From Polyangiaceae bacterium (GTDB lineage Bacteria; Myxococcota_A; Polyangia; Polyangiales; Polyangiaceae), in the NCBI GenBank assembly GCA_046351455.1, contig JAXLYM010000003.1, forward strand, positions 216,364 to 280,363: a DNA stretch of 64,000 nt. The letters are read 5' to 3'. The translations under genes and the position numbers were made by a program. Under the pieces are notes generated by a model, which was not told the DNA's origin, ran no database searches, and worked only from the letters and a program-made list of their open reading frames with translations. Within the stretch, counting starts at the first letter, position 1. Each line of letters opens with the position of its first letter. Shown here piece by piece: positions 19,701 through 27,747 of this stretch.

Positions 19701-20974
19701 CGGGCGTCGAGCAGTGCGACGACGGCAATCAGGTCAACGGCGACAGTTGCACCAACATGTGCGCACAGGCGATCTGCGGGGACGGCGTCGTGCAGGCGGG
19801 CGTCGAGCAGTGCGACGACGGCAACGCCTCCAACACCGATGCTTGCGTGACCGGCTGCAAATCCGCCACGTGCGGCGACGGCTTCGTGCAGGCCAACGTC
19901 GAGGGCTGCGACGACGGCAATCAGATCGACAACGACGCGTGCCGCAACGACTGCAAGCTCCCGGGCTGCGGCGACGGCGTGAAGCAGGCGAACGAGCAGT
20001 GCGACGACGGCAACGCCTCCAACACCGACGGATGCCTCGTGACGTGCTTCTTGCCGAGCTGCGGTGACGGCTTCGTGCAGACGGGCGTCGAGCAGTGCGA
20101 CGACGGCAATCAGGACGACACCGACGCTTGCCCGACGACGTGCGTCCCGGCCAAATGCGGCGACAAGTTCGTTCAGGACGGCGTCGAGCAGTGCGACGAC
20201 GGCAACCAGGACGACACCGACGCCTGCGTGCAGGGATGTGTGAGCGCCACCTGCGGAGACGGCTTCATCCAGGCCGGCGTGGAGCAGTGTGACGACGGCA
20301 ATCAGATCGACAATGACGACTGCCCCAACAACTGCATCTCTCCCACGTGCGGAGACGGCGTGAAGCAGCCGAACGAGGAGTGCGACGACGGCAACCAGGA
20401 CGACACCGACGCTTGCCTCCACACGTGCATGAACGCGAAATGCGGTGACGGCGTGGTCGAGGCGGGCGTGGAGCAGTGCGACGACGGCAACCAGATCGAC
20501 GACGACGCGTGCCCCAACGACTGCCAGTCTGCCTCGTGCGGTGACGGCGTGAAGCAGCCCGGAGAGGCCTGCGACGACGGCAACGCCTCCAACCTCGACG
20601 ACTGCTTGAACGACTGCAAGATCGCGAGCTGCGGCGACGGTTATGTCCACGTCGGCGTCGAAGACTGCGACGACGCGAACGGCGTGGCCGGCGACGGCTG
20701 CAGCCCCACGTGCGAGTCCGAAACCAGCACCGGCGGCGCGGGCGGCGGCGGAAACGGCGGCTCCGGCGGAAACGGCGGCAACGGCACGGGCGCGACCGGC
20801 GGAAACGGCACCGGCGCGACCGGCGGCGGCGGCGGCGAAAAACCCGGTGACAGCGGTGGTTGCGGCTGCCGGATGGCCTCCGACTCCCCGGTGGAGACTC
20901 CGGCCCTCCTGATCGGTCTGATGACGCTGGGCGTGCTGCGGATCCGCCGCAAGAAGGCGGCCCGCGCGGCCTGA
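16709..20974 (+). CDS. giant secreted protein: N-terminal right-handed parallel beta-helix (pectate-lyase fold) repeats, then ~19 tandem Myxococcus cysteine-rich repeats (TIGR02232-like), then a Gly-rich spacer and a MYXO-CTERM-type sorting signal
   Basis: The signal peptide is [26 protein letters not shown]. There are repeated NTxVxG/NGxYG beta-helix rungs, and ~19 copies of CGDG(F/V)[27 protein letters not shown]. The protein ends [39 protein letters not shown]. Confidence 0.8.
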   Translation: MAAPVARRFARWLAFVFTFAACWLSGRAALATTIPGGNIINQTWTPAGNPYLIQGDVTVPSGAFLTIQAGTIVQFANSDGQLAGLDTTRVEMTIKGTLNVNGVQGNPVAFSGQAGAGTSAWYGVVIDAAATTAGFTYATFQHAQRIVRNSAPGTVLSMSNVTVTNSANGVELLAGTPTLTSLDITGGSYGLSSSGNAAPNIQSSTFKSQTSQGLALSPTTGSPAITVQNTIVTGAAFYGITFVTDLSSNSTLAVTNTTVHGNGSYGIYVAAYSSSTATLNLKNSIVTQHQYGVFNYNAAGTEIINVTYSDVWNSTSANYTNCSGGTGAFSSNPLYVSAPTNMRLTSNSPARFAGDTLADIGPLPYVNDATPGFHGTLWTNTTFGVAGSPYTIQGDTTIPPGVIVTIDPGVTIRWTAGTDIMGSGQDTGRGELRVQGTLQAIGTAAQPITLTSTGAAAAQQWTGVIGLAGATAMALGYVNISNADSAVQSFLTGNAFSASRITVTTSTRGFEVRAGTPTLTGVDVTGGTTGLTTTGSAAPTIQASIFKSQTSQGLSIAPTAGSGTTTIVNTIVRGAAFYGITMVTDLSAVATLNLTNSTIHGNGSYGVYIAAYSSSTANVAIKNTLVTQHQYGVFNYNAAGTEIVTTTYSDVWNNTSANYTNCSAGTGSISQNPLYVSPPTDLKLQSFSVCIDAGTATGAPATDFDGATRPMDGDGINGAAFDMGAYELAAAASCGDGIVNNGEVCDSGAQNGMYGACKADCSGLGPRCGDSIVNGPEQCDDGNVSNTDACLNTCQNAACGDGFVRAGMEMCDDGNMSNTDACLNTCVPASCGDSFVQAGVEQCDDGNQVNTDACLTTCMNATCGDGFLRAGVEQCDDGNQINTDACLSTCQNATCGDGVVRAGVDQCDDGNASNTDNCLNTCNNPTCGDGFVHTGVEQCDDGNQVNTDACLNTCQNAICGDGVVRAGVEQCDDGNPVNTDACLNTCQNATCGDGIVQAGVEQCDDGNQVNGDSCTNMCAQAICGDGVVQAGVEQCDDGNASNTDACVTGCKSATCGDGFVQANVEGCDDGNQIDNDACRNDCKLPGCGDGVKQANEQCDDGNASNTDGCLVTCFLPSCGDGFVQTGVEQCDDGNQDDTDACPTTCVPAKCGDKFVQDGVEQCDDGNQDDTDACVQGCVSATCGDGFIQAGVEQCDDGNQIDNDDCPNNCISPTCGDGVKQPNEECDDGNQDDTDACLHTCMNAKCGDGVVEAGVEQCDDGNQIDDDACPNDCQSASCGDGVKQPGEACDDGNASNLDDCLNDCKIASCGDGYVHVGVEDCDDANGVAGDGCSPTCESETSTGGAGGGGNGGSGGNGGNGTGATGGNGTGATGGGGGEKPGDSGGCGCRMASDSPVETPALLIGLMTLGVLRIRRKKAARAA
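18955..20660 (+). repeat. ~19 near-identical ~114-nt tandem coding repeats (the Cys-rich repeat array) inside the giant protein gene
   Basis: Blocks such as ggcgtcgagcagtgcgacgacggcaaccaggtcaacaccgacgcttgcctcaacacctgccagaacgc recur many times, identical or nearly identical. Confidence 0.85.
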
Positions 20975-21059
20975 TCAAAGCCAGAAGCCCCCGGCGGAGT
21001 GTGCCGTCGGGGGCCTCATCACGACAAGGCACCTCGCCTCTTCTCTCGACAGCCTCTCT

Positions 21060-22130
21060 TCAGGGCTTCGTCGGGAGCGGCTTCCCCGTCAAGAACGCGC
21101 GCAGCAGCGTGAAGAGCTCGTCCGGAGTCTCCAGGAACGGGATGTGTCCCCCGTCTTCGAAGACGACGAACCGGGCTTGCGGCGCGTGGGTCTTGTAGAG
21201 CCGCGCCATCCGCATCGTGGACAAGCGATCGTAGCGGCCCGCGATGACCAGCATCGGCATCTTCAGGTCCTTCAGGCGAGGACGGAAGTCGAGGCCCGCG
21301 ATCGAGCCTCCCGTCGTGAATTCACCGTCGGCCCCCGCGATGGTGTAGGCGAGGTCCCAATTGTTGGTGACGAAGCCCTTCGGGAGCTTGGAATACACCT
21401 CCGGGTTCCGGAGCGTGCACAGCCCGGACGGGATCCGAAACGCCTTCTGATGCTCGGGCGAATTGGAGAGCAGACCGCGCGCCCTCACCGCTTGAATCTC
21501 GTCCCAGATCTCGGGATACAGGTTCCGGATCTCCTCGGTGCAGACCTCGTTGGAGACTTGCCAGCTCGCCGCGTCGATGAACGTATTGGCCAGGATGAGC
21601 TTCGTGACGCGATCGGGGTGCGCGATCGCGTACCCCTGCGCGACCATGCCGCCGTACGAGTGCCCGAGCACCGCCCACCGCTCGAACCCGAGGGCTTTCC
21701 GGAGGCCTTCCAGCATCTCGACGTCGCGCTCGAACGTGTACTCGCTCAGGGACTTCGCTTGATCCGATTTGCCGCGGCCGAAGGCGTCGTAGCTCACCAT
21801 GCGAGCGACGTCGGTGAGGACCGAAAAGAAGGGGTGGAAATAGTGGGACTGCCCCGGTCCCCCGGCGACCAGCACCAGCGGCTCCCCCGTCCCTTCGACT
21901 TCGACCCACAGCTTCACGTCGCCGACCGCCACGTACGCCCCTGCGGGGTGCACCACCGTGATGGGCGTGAACGGCCCGCTCGACGCAGCGGGCGCGGGGG
22001 GCGCAGCGGGCGCGACCGGCGGGCACTCCACGGTTGCCTGGCAGCCTGTGAGGGCCGCGGCGACCATCAGGATGGAAGGCCACCCGCGGTGCGCGCGTGG
22101 ACAGCGGGGCGATGCGAGGGTCGACTTCAT
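21060..22130 (-). CDS. alpha/beta-hydrolase lipoprotein (prolyl aminopeptidase / S33-like)
   Basis: It starts MKSTLASPRCPRAHRGWPSILMVAAALTGCQA (a lipobox). It has the nucleophile elbow GHSYGG, an HGGP-like motif and a C-terminal DGGH. The listed ORF extends to 22340 with an implausible N-terminus. Confidence 0.8.
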   Translation of the reverse strand: MKSTLASPRCPRAHRGWPSILMVAAALTGCQATVECPPVAPAAPPAPAASSGPFTPITVVHPAGAYVAVGDVKLWVEVEGTGEPLVLVAGGPGQSHYFHPFFSVLTDVARMVSYDAFGRGKSDQAKSLSEYTFERDVEMLEGLRKALGFERWAVLGHSYGGMVAQGYAIAHPDRVTKLILANTFIDAASWQVSNEVCTEEIRNLYPEIWDEIQAVRARGLLSNSPEHQKAFRIPSGLCTLRNPEVYSKLPKGFVTNNWDLAYTIAGADGEFTTGGSIAGLDFRPRLKDLKMPMLVIAGRYDRLSTMRMARLYKTHAPQARFVVFEDGGHIPFLETPDELFTLLRAFLTGKPLPTKP

Positions 22131-22417
22131 GGATGGACTCCATCGTTCGGAGCGCAGCGCGCGGTCCGGAACTAGGCACCTGCGCACCTCATCCCTCCGA
22201 GAGGCAAGGAAGGATCCACCCGCATTCCATGCATCGCGAGCCCACCCACGTGGCCTGTGCGAGCGCCCCGCCTGCGTGAGGGCGCACCAGCGGCGCGCGT
22301 GAGACTCCGCTCCCTCTTCGGCGGCGGCGAAGGGACGCAACCGTTGCAGGGGGCGTGGGCAACGGGTAAAGAGGATCGTCCTCCGAAGGCTCCCGTGCGG
22401 GCCCAGAAGAAGCTGCG

Positions 22418-23671
22418 ATGATCCGCGAATTCTCGATCAAGAACTACAAATCGATCGTCGACCTCACGCTTCCGTTGGGGCGGATCAACTTGTTCATCGG
22501 GGAGAACGGGTGCGGGAAGACGAATATCCTGGAGGCCATGGCGATGGCCGCGGCGGCAGTCGCGGATCGGCTCGGAAACGAAGAGCTTTACAATAGGGGA
22601 GTCAGGATCGCGAAGCCGGACATCACGTTTAGCTCATTCACCGGACTCAAGACCTCCCGAGAGGTCGTCTTTCAGTTCCGGGATGAGCCGGGAACCGAGC
22701 GGGATCACGAGGAAGCGAAGCTCCGGCTGGTTCTCACGGCCGGCACGGAGAACGATTCATGGGCAAGGGTCAAATCAGAACCGGCTGCCGTCGCCGCAGC
22801 GACCCAAGAATCCATGGACTCGAAGGAGCTTGAGGATGTCGTCCGTAGAATAAACGATGGCGAACCGCTTGAACCTTCCTTGAGGCTCAAAGTACTTGCC
22901 GCGTTTCGCGAGACAATGCGCACCACGACACGAGAACAACGTGCGCTCTTCTTCTCGCTCAACAAGCAGCGTGCTCACTTAACTGAGTTTCTAACGGATT
23001 TTCTCATCTACAATGCCAATCACCTCGCCCTCCGCGGCCTCCTGAACCTCAGCCGCAAAGAGCCGCTCGGCATCCATGGCGAAAACCTCGACGTCACGAT
23101 TGCCTCTCTGGGTGACAAAGGCATTCGTGAGCTGCTGGAGCGCTCCGCCCTCATCCGCTGGGTGGAGCGCATCTTCACCGACCCGGACGACAAGCTCAAA
23201 TTCGACGGCTACAAACTCGGCCGCAGCACCTCCACCCTTTATTTCCGCGACCGCTTCATGCGCAAGCGCGCGAACCTCTTCTCCGCCGAGAACGCCAACG
23301 AGGGTATCCTCCACGCCCTCTTTTATCTCACGCTCTTCATCAGCGATCGCACCCCGAAGACGTTCGGCATCGACAACATCGAGACGGCTCTCAACCCCCG
23401 ACTCTGCCGCAACCTCATCAAACAGCTCGGAGATCTGGCGAAGGCCCACGACAAACAGGCCCTCATCACGACCCACAATCCGGCCGCGCTCGACGGCCTC
23501 GATCTCCACGACGACGAACAGCGCCTCTTCGTGGTCTCGCGCGACGATCAAGGGCGTACGGTGGCGAACCGCATCAAGCTGAAGCCGGAGACCAAGGGCA
23601 AGGAGCCTCGTCTCATGCTGTCCGAGATGTGGATGCGCGGGCAGCTCGGCGGCGTCCCGCTGGAGTTCTGA
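22418..23671 (+). CDS. ABC-type AAA ATPase of the AAA_15/AAA_21 (RecF/SMC-like, OLD/AbiLi/AriA-type) class
   Basis: The Walker A motif is GENGCGKTNILEA. A signature-like SAENANEGILHALFYL follows. The Walker B/D-loop is TFGIDNIETALNP and the H-loop is ITTHNP. The 5' ~600 nt have visibly lower GC (~50-57%) than the ~70% background. Confidence 0.85.
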   Translation: MIREFSIKNYKSIVDLTLPLGRINLFIGENGCGKTNILEAMAMAAAAVADRLGNEELYNRGVRIAKPDITFSSFTGLKTSREVVFQFRDEPGTERDHEEAKLRLVLTAGTENDSWARVKSEPAAVAAATQESMDSKELEDVVRRINDGEPLEPSLRLKVLAAFRETMRTTTREQRALFFSLNKQRAHLTEFLTDFLIYNANHLALRGLLNLSRKEPLGIHGENLDVTIASLGDKGIRELLERSALIRWVERIFTDPDDKLKFDGYKLGRSTSTLYFRDRFMRKRANLFSAENANEGILHALFYLTLFISDRTPKTFGIDNIETALNPRLCRNLIKQLGDLAKAHDKQALITTHNPAALDGLDLHDDEQRLFVVSRDDQGRTVANRIKLKPETKGKEPRLMLSEMWMRGQLGGVPLEF

Positions 23672-23674
23672 CCG

Positions 23675-24415
23675 ATGAAGGTGGGAGTCGTGGCGGAGGG
23701 GCCTTCGGATGTCGCCGTCGTCCTCAATATCCTCTTCGGCAAGCTCGGCGTGGAGCGTCGAGACATCGTGCCCATCCGGCCGGAGCTCACGACCGACGAG
23801 ACCGATCTCTCCGAAAAACGCGCCGGCGGCTACAAGCCTCCTTCGAAGAAGAGCTTCAGCAACTGGCAGCTCGTCCTCGGGGAGTGCGCGGATCGAACGA
23901 GCCTCTCCGACTTCCTGGACAGCCCCATCGACGAGCCGAGGCTCCTCGTCGTCCAGATCGACACCGCCGAAGCGCACCTCGCTGGATTCGACGTCGCGCG
24001 GCCCGACCACGACGCCGGCGACTACGTGGCAGAGATGCGGAGTCGTGTCGTGGCGAAGCTCGCGGCCTTGCTCGGAGAGGACTTGACTCCACGCACCCGA
24101 TTCGCTGTGGCCGTGGAGGAGATCGACGCGTGGGTTCTCACGCTCTACGCCGAAGACGGTGAGGAGACCGGTCGAGTCAAAAATCCCAAGAAGAAGCTGG
24201 AATTCGCCCTCAGCTCGGCTCCTGTCCCACGTTCGAAATCTCGTTCTCCCTCCGGCCGCGGAGCGACGAAGAGCGGTGATCGTCCCGCCAAGAAGTCTCT
24301 GTTCGAGCTCTACCACGAACGGAGCGCGCCGCTCCGCGATGGCGCCACGCTGGAGACTTGCAAGCAGCGGAACCGCAGCCTCGCGATGTTCGTCGACTCG
24401 CTCGCAGGGGATTGA
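23675..24415 (+). CDS. small partner protein of the ATPase, DUF4276-like, possibly a TOPRIM/nuclease-like effector
   Basis: It starts 4 nt after the ATPase stop. Its N-terminus MKVGVVAEGPSDVAVVLNIL matches the M-K-x-x-V-E-G-x-S/T-E start typical of DUF4276. There is an acidic cluster DHDAGD and an EEIDAW motif. I assign this from pattern memory, not from a database search. Confidence 0.55.
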   Translation: MKVGVVAEGPSDVAVVLNILFGKLGVERRDIVPIRPELTTDETDLSEKRAGGYKPPSKKSFSNWQLVLGECADRTSLSDFLDSPIDEPRLLVVQIDTAEAHLAGFDVARPDHDAGDYVAEMRSRVVAKLAALLGEDLTPRTRFAVAVEEIDAWVLTLYAEDGEETGRVKNPKKKLEFALSSAPVPRSKSRSPSGRGATKSGDRPAKKSLFELYHERSAPLRDGATLETCKQRNRSLAMFVDSLAGD

Positions 24416-24531
24416 GGGCAAAGGCTCCATCCCCGAAACTGGCAGCCTCCTCATCCCCCGTCGCGGCCGACGAGAATGCCAGTTTCGATTGCGCCCTTCT
24501 TTTTTGCTGGAACCCGCGGTCCCTTCGCGTG

Positions 24532-24705
24532 TCAGTGATAGAGGCTCACGGCGGCCCGCAGAAGCATGAACAGATAAGCTCCCGCCGTCGTCACCACCGC
24601 GGCCGGCACCATCACGTCCGCGAAGAAGCGCGCGAACGGGCGCAACGCCGGACGGGTCGCGAGGGCGCGCTCCTCCGCCAGCACACGCTGCGCGCGGCGC
24701 TTCAC
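24532..24705 (-). CDS. unlisted 57-codon single-TM ORF, GTG start, overlapping the ECF sigma stop as GTGA; candidate anti-sigma factor
   Basis: Reverse-strand translation gives VKRRAQRVLAEERALATRPALRPFARFFADVMVPAAVVTTAGAYLFMLLRAAVSLYH, which contains one hydrophobic helix. It is below the 60-aa cutoff of the ORF track. Confidence 0.3.
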   Translation of the reverse strand: MKRRAQRVLAEERALATRPALRPFARFFADVMVPAAVVTTAGAYLFMLLRAAVSLYH

Positions 24706-25331
24706 ACGCTCGGATACGCGGCCGTCGATCTCGGGGGGACCGAGATCACGGAGCGACGCCCGATGGCGCCGGGCATCCTCGGGTTCGGCATCTCTTCGAG
24801 CTTGGCGGCCAGTCGGTCGCGCGCCCGGGTCACCCGTTTTCGCATCGCCGCGTGCTCGATCCCGAGGACCATCGCGGCCTCATCCTGCGCCATTCCCTCG
24901 ACGCCGACAAGCAACAACACCTCTCGGTCCGCCGCTGACAGCGCGAAGAGCGCCCGCTCCAGCATGACGTGGCGCCTCCTCGCCTCCACCGCCGCCTCCG
25001 GCGTGACGGCGTCGATCCACGATGTCTCCCCGGAATACGCGTCCACCCGCGTCGAATCGAGCCAGGCCCACCTGCGGAAGCTGCGGTAGGCGTTGCGCGC
25101 GAGGGTGAAGAGATAGGCCACCAGGTTCGTGTCCTCGCGCAGCGTCGTCGCGTGGCGCGCGAGCTTGATCCACGTCTCCTGGAGCAGATCGTCCGCGATC
25201 TCCCGCCGGCCCGAGAGGCGCAGCAGAAAGGCATACACGCGCGCATGGTACCGCTCGTACGCGCGGTCGAAGGCGCCCGCGTCCCCGCGACGGAGGGCCT
25301 CCACGATCGACGCGTCCGAGAGATCGTCCAC
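24702..25331 (-). CDS. ECF (sigma-70 family group IV) RNA polymerase sigma factor
   Basis: Region 2 is LLQETWIKLARH...YLFTLARNAYRSFRR. Region 4 is LSAADREVLLLVGVEGMAQDEAAMVLGIEHAAMRKRVTRARDRL. The C-terminal tail is unusual (PNPRMPGAIGRRS...). Confidence 0.85.
   Translation of the reverse strand: MDDLSDASIVEALRRGDAGAFDRAYERYHARVYAFLLRLSGRREIADDLLQETWIKLARHATTLREDTNLVAYLFTLARNAYRSFRRWAWLDSTRVDAYSGETSWIDAVTPEAAVEARRRHVMLERALFALSAADREVLLLVGVEGMAQDEAAMVLGIEHAAMRKRVTRARDRLAAKLEEMPNPRMPGAIGRRSVISVPPRSTAAYPSV
24764..24795 (+). repeat. 32-bp exact direct repeat (cgatggcgccgggcatcctcgggttcggcatc); the second copy lies at 25739..25770
   Basis: The two 32-mers are identical and bracket the ECF sigma factor gene. 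The second copy encodes the C-terminus of the small ExbB/TolQ-like protein (MAPGILGFGI). Confidence 0.8.
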
Positions 25332-25473
25332 GGCTCAAGGAACGCGGCGGCGCGGCGAGTGTGACCGGCCGGACGAAAAAAAAGAAAAGGTGTCACACGC
25401 CGCGGCGGGCCGCGTTGACCGGGCGAGCGACGGGACGGACGGGCCGGACCGAGCGCTCGCGCGGAGACTGACC

Positions 25474-25830
25474 ATGATGCAATTGATCCTCGAGGGTGGC
25501 TTTCCGATGTGGTTCCTCCTCCTCTTCGGCGGCGGCGCGCTCGGCGTGGCCGGCAAATTCGCCTGGAAGCCGAAGCGCGAGACGCTCCCCCTCCTCGCCG
25601 CGATCACCGCCACCACCATCGCCACCGCCATCATGGGCGTGTTCGCGGACCTCGCCGCCGTCGGACACCACGTGAGCGAACGATGGGACAAGTACGCGAG
25701 CGAGATCGTGCAGACGCTCCTGCAGGGCTTCGCGGAGTCGATGGCGCCGGGCATCCTCGGGTTCGGCATCGTCTCGCTCGTCGCGCTGCTCACGGTGCTC
25801 GGGTTCTACCGCGAATCGCGGGGCGCGTGA
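25474..25830 (+). CDS. small membrane protein resembling the N- and C-terminal helices of MotA/TolQ/ExbB; possibly a truncated proton-channel subunit
   Basis: MMQLILEGGFPMWFLLLFGGGALGVAGKFAWKPKRE matches the ExbB/TolQ N-terminal pattern GGxxMWPLLxxSxxALxVxxER. It is 118 aa with 3 TM helices. The listed ORF 25129..25830 carries an artefactual N-terminus. Confidence 0.4.
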   Translation: MMQLILEGGFPMWFLLLFGGGALGVAGKFAWKPKRETLPLLAAITATTIATAIMGVFADLAAVGHHVSERWDKYASEIVQTLLQGFAESMAPGILGFGIVSLVALLTVLGFYRESRGA

Positions 25831-25900
25831 TCAGAATACGGACTGTTCATTTCGGGAGGGGAATCAGAGCGCGATGCAGATCGGCCGAGATGCGTCGCGC

Positions 25901-27679
25901 TCAGGGGCTGAACTGGGCCAGAAGCACGCTCATGGGGGAGCCGGCGACTCCGATGGTGCCTCCGCCCATGTCCGTCGTGCCGAGGACGGTGCCGAAGAGG
26001 TCCACTCTTCCGAGCGAGTCCGTCGCGACGAACGTGAAGCCTCCTGCGCTGTTCGTGAAGGACTTCTGCCAGACGAAGTTGCTCGCGGCGTCGAGCTTGG
26101 CGAGGTACCGATCGTACGTCGTCACAGGCACCATCTTGTCCGCGGCCAGCGGCGAGAAATTGATGCCTCCCGAATAGCTGCCCCCGAGGACGGGGTTGCC
26201 GAGCCCGTCCACCGAGAGGCCTTGAAGGAACTGGTGCGTTCCGAGGTCGCCGTACCGCTTGTAGAGGGAGTTGCCGCTCTGGGGCGACCTCACCAGCGCG
26301 ACGTCGAAGGTGCTCGCGTCGCCGGGCGGCGTGTTCCCGCCGATGGTGAACGTGCCCTCGACGTTGAGGCCCGACGCCACGTTGCCGCCCGGATACGCAG
26401 AGAGCGCACTGCCCCACTGGTCAGCCGCATCGCCCCAACCGTGGGCGTTGACGCACTTGGTGTTGGTGTCGAGCCGCATGACGAAGGCGTCGGAGCCGCC
26501 GACGGGCGTCTGAGACCCGCAGCCGTCCCAGGCGAAGGGGCCATTGAAATTGCCCGCGACCCAGGGCGCGCCGAGCGAGTCGACGGCCACGGCGTTCACG
26601 ACCTCCGGGGCGGAGGAGCTGCCGACGCCGACCACCTTGAGCGGCGTCCCGCTCGAATCGAATTTGAGGAGGAAGGCATTCTCGACGAGGGTGCCCGCGG
26701 CCGGCAGCTGGGTGCCGCCCACCGCGAAGTTGTCGATGTATCCGCCGCCCACATAGATCTCCCCCGCCGGCCCGACAGCCACGCTCGTCGCGTGATCGTC
26801 CTTGTTTCCGCCGTACGCGTGGGCCCACACGGGGTTGCCGTCGTTGTCGAGCTTGAAGACGAAGATGTCTTTGCCGCCCTGGCTCGTGAAGGTGTCATTG
26901 CCGATCTTGAGGGAGCCTGTGAAATAGCCGGCGACGACGATCGATCCCGAGGATTTGTCGAAGGCGACCGCCGTCGCGACCTGATCGCCCGCGGGGCCGA
27001 AGGTGCGTGTCCAGAGCTGTTGTCCGTCCGGAGAGAGCTTGACGACATACGCGTCGATGCCATTCGCGACCGACTGGACACCTCCGCCGAAATCGATTTC
27101 GCCCGCGAAACCACCCACGATGATCGGGTCGTCCGCCGCGTCCACCGTGACGCCGCCGGCCGTGATCGCGCCGGTGCCGACAATCACCTTGGACCAGCGG
27201 TGTTGTCCGACGCACTCGGGGAGACCGTCGCAGTTTTCGTCGACGCCGTCGCCCGCGCACGCCTCGATCTTCGGGTACACGGCGCCGGTGCACGGGCCCC
27301 AAATACCGTCCATGCCGCACGTGGACATGCCCGGCGCGCAGATGCCGATTCCCTCGGTGCCCGGGGGGCCTTCGTAACAAGGCTTCATCTCACCCACCGT
27401 GCACAAGGTGCCGCCGGTCCCGCCGGTCGCCCCGCCGGTCCCGCCGACTCCCCCCGTCGCGCCGCCGACTCCCCCCGTGCCGCCGCTCGACGTGGTGCCC
27501 CCCATCGACGTGGTGCCGCCGCTCGTGGTGCCCCCCATCGACGTGGTGCCGCCCTGCGACGTGGTGCCGCCGCTCGACGTGGTGCCGCCGCCGCCGGGCG
27601 AATATTGGTTGAGACCGAGGACGTCCGCGCAGCCGAGAGAAAGGGGCAAAAGGAGGAGGCTAGTCGGCAGGAGGCGCAT
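25901..27679 (-). CDS. secreted lipoprotein with a Gly/Thr/Ser-rich linker, a Cys-rich module and SBBP-type beta-propeller repeats
   Basis: It starts MRLLPTSLLLLPLSLGCAD (a lipobox), then (GGTTS)n. There are repeated DxxGNxxWxxxxGGxxxDxxxxVAV....GGKDIFVFKLD-like blades (SBBP, PF06739-like). Confidence 0.7.
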   Translation of the reverse strand: MRLLPTSLLLLPLSLGCADVLGLNQYSPGGGGTTSSGGTTSQGGTTSMGGTTSGGTTSMGGTTSSGGTGGVGGATGGVGGTGGATGGTGGTLCTVGEMKPCYEGPPGTEGIGICAPGMSTCGMDGIWGPCTGAVYPKIEACAGDGVDENCDGLPECVGQHRWSKVIVGTGAITAGGVTVDAADDPIIVGGFAGEIDFGGGVQSVANGIDAYVVKLSPDGQQLWTRTFGPAGDQVATAVAFDKSSGSIVVAGYFTGSLKIGNDTFTSQGGKDIFVFKLDNDGNPVWAHAYGGNKDDHATSVAVGPAGEIYVGGGYIDNFAVGGTQLPAAGTLVENAFLLKFDSSGTPLKVVGVGSSSAPEVVNAVAVDSLGAPWVAGNFNGPFAWDGCGSQTPVGGSDAFVMRLDTNTKCVNAHGWGDAADQWGSALSAYPGGNVASGLNVEGTFTIGGNTPPGDASTFDVALVRSPQSGNSLYKRYGDLGTHQFLQGLSVDGLGNPVLGGSYSGGINFSPLAADKMVPVTTYDRYLAKLDAASNFVWQKSFTNSAGGFTFVATDSLGRVDLFGTVLGTTDMGGGTIGVAGSPMSVLLAQFSP

Positions 27680-27747
27680 GGAAAGGAGTCTCCGTCGAAG
27701 GCGTGAAAGGAAGGACGGATCTTCCACGGCGGGGCCGCCGCGCGCAA

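Noticed and set aside
16661-20650. 1329-aa minus-strand ORF, plus many 60-130-aa ORFs in 18900-20650
   Set aside because: It is the antisense or alternative frame of the repetitive Cys-rich repeat gene. The periodic small ORFs ([10 protein letters not shown]...) are frame echoes of the 114-nt repeat.
18955-20660. Possible CRISPR array, suggested by the regular ~114-nt periodicity
   Set aside because: The repeats are coding and in frame (Cys-rich protein repeats). There are no unique spacers and no cas genes.
22418-24415. Assignment of the ATPase module to Gabija or Septu specifically
   Set aside because: The ATPase has no fused TOPRIM domain, no UvrD-like helicase follows it, and the partner has no HNH motif. 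The AbiL/PARIS-like two-gene layout fits better, but the exact family stays open without HMM searches.
25874-27706. 610-aa plus-strand ORF
   Set aside because: It is antisense to the SBBP beta-propeller lipoprotein gene, which has a clear lipobox and repeat structure.
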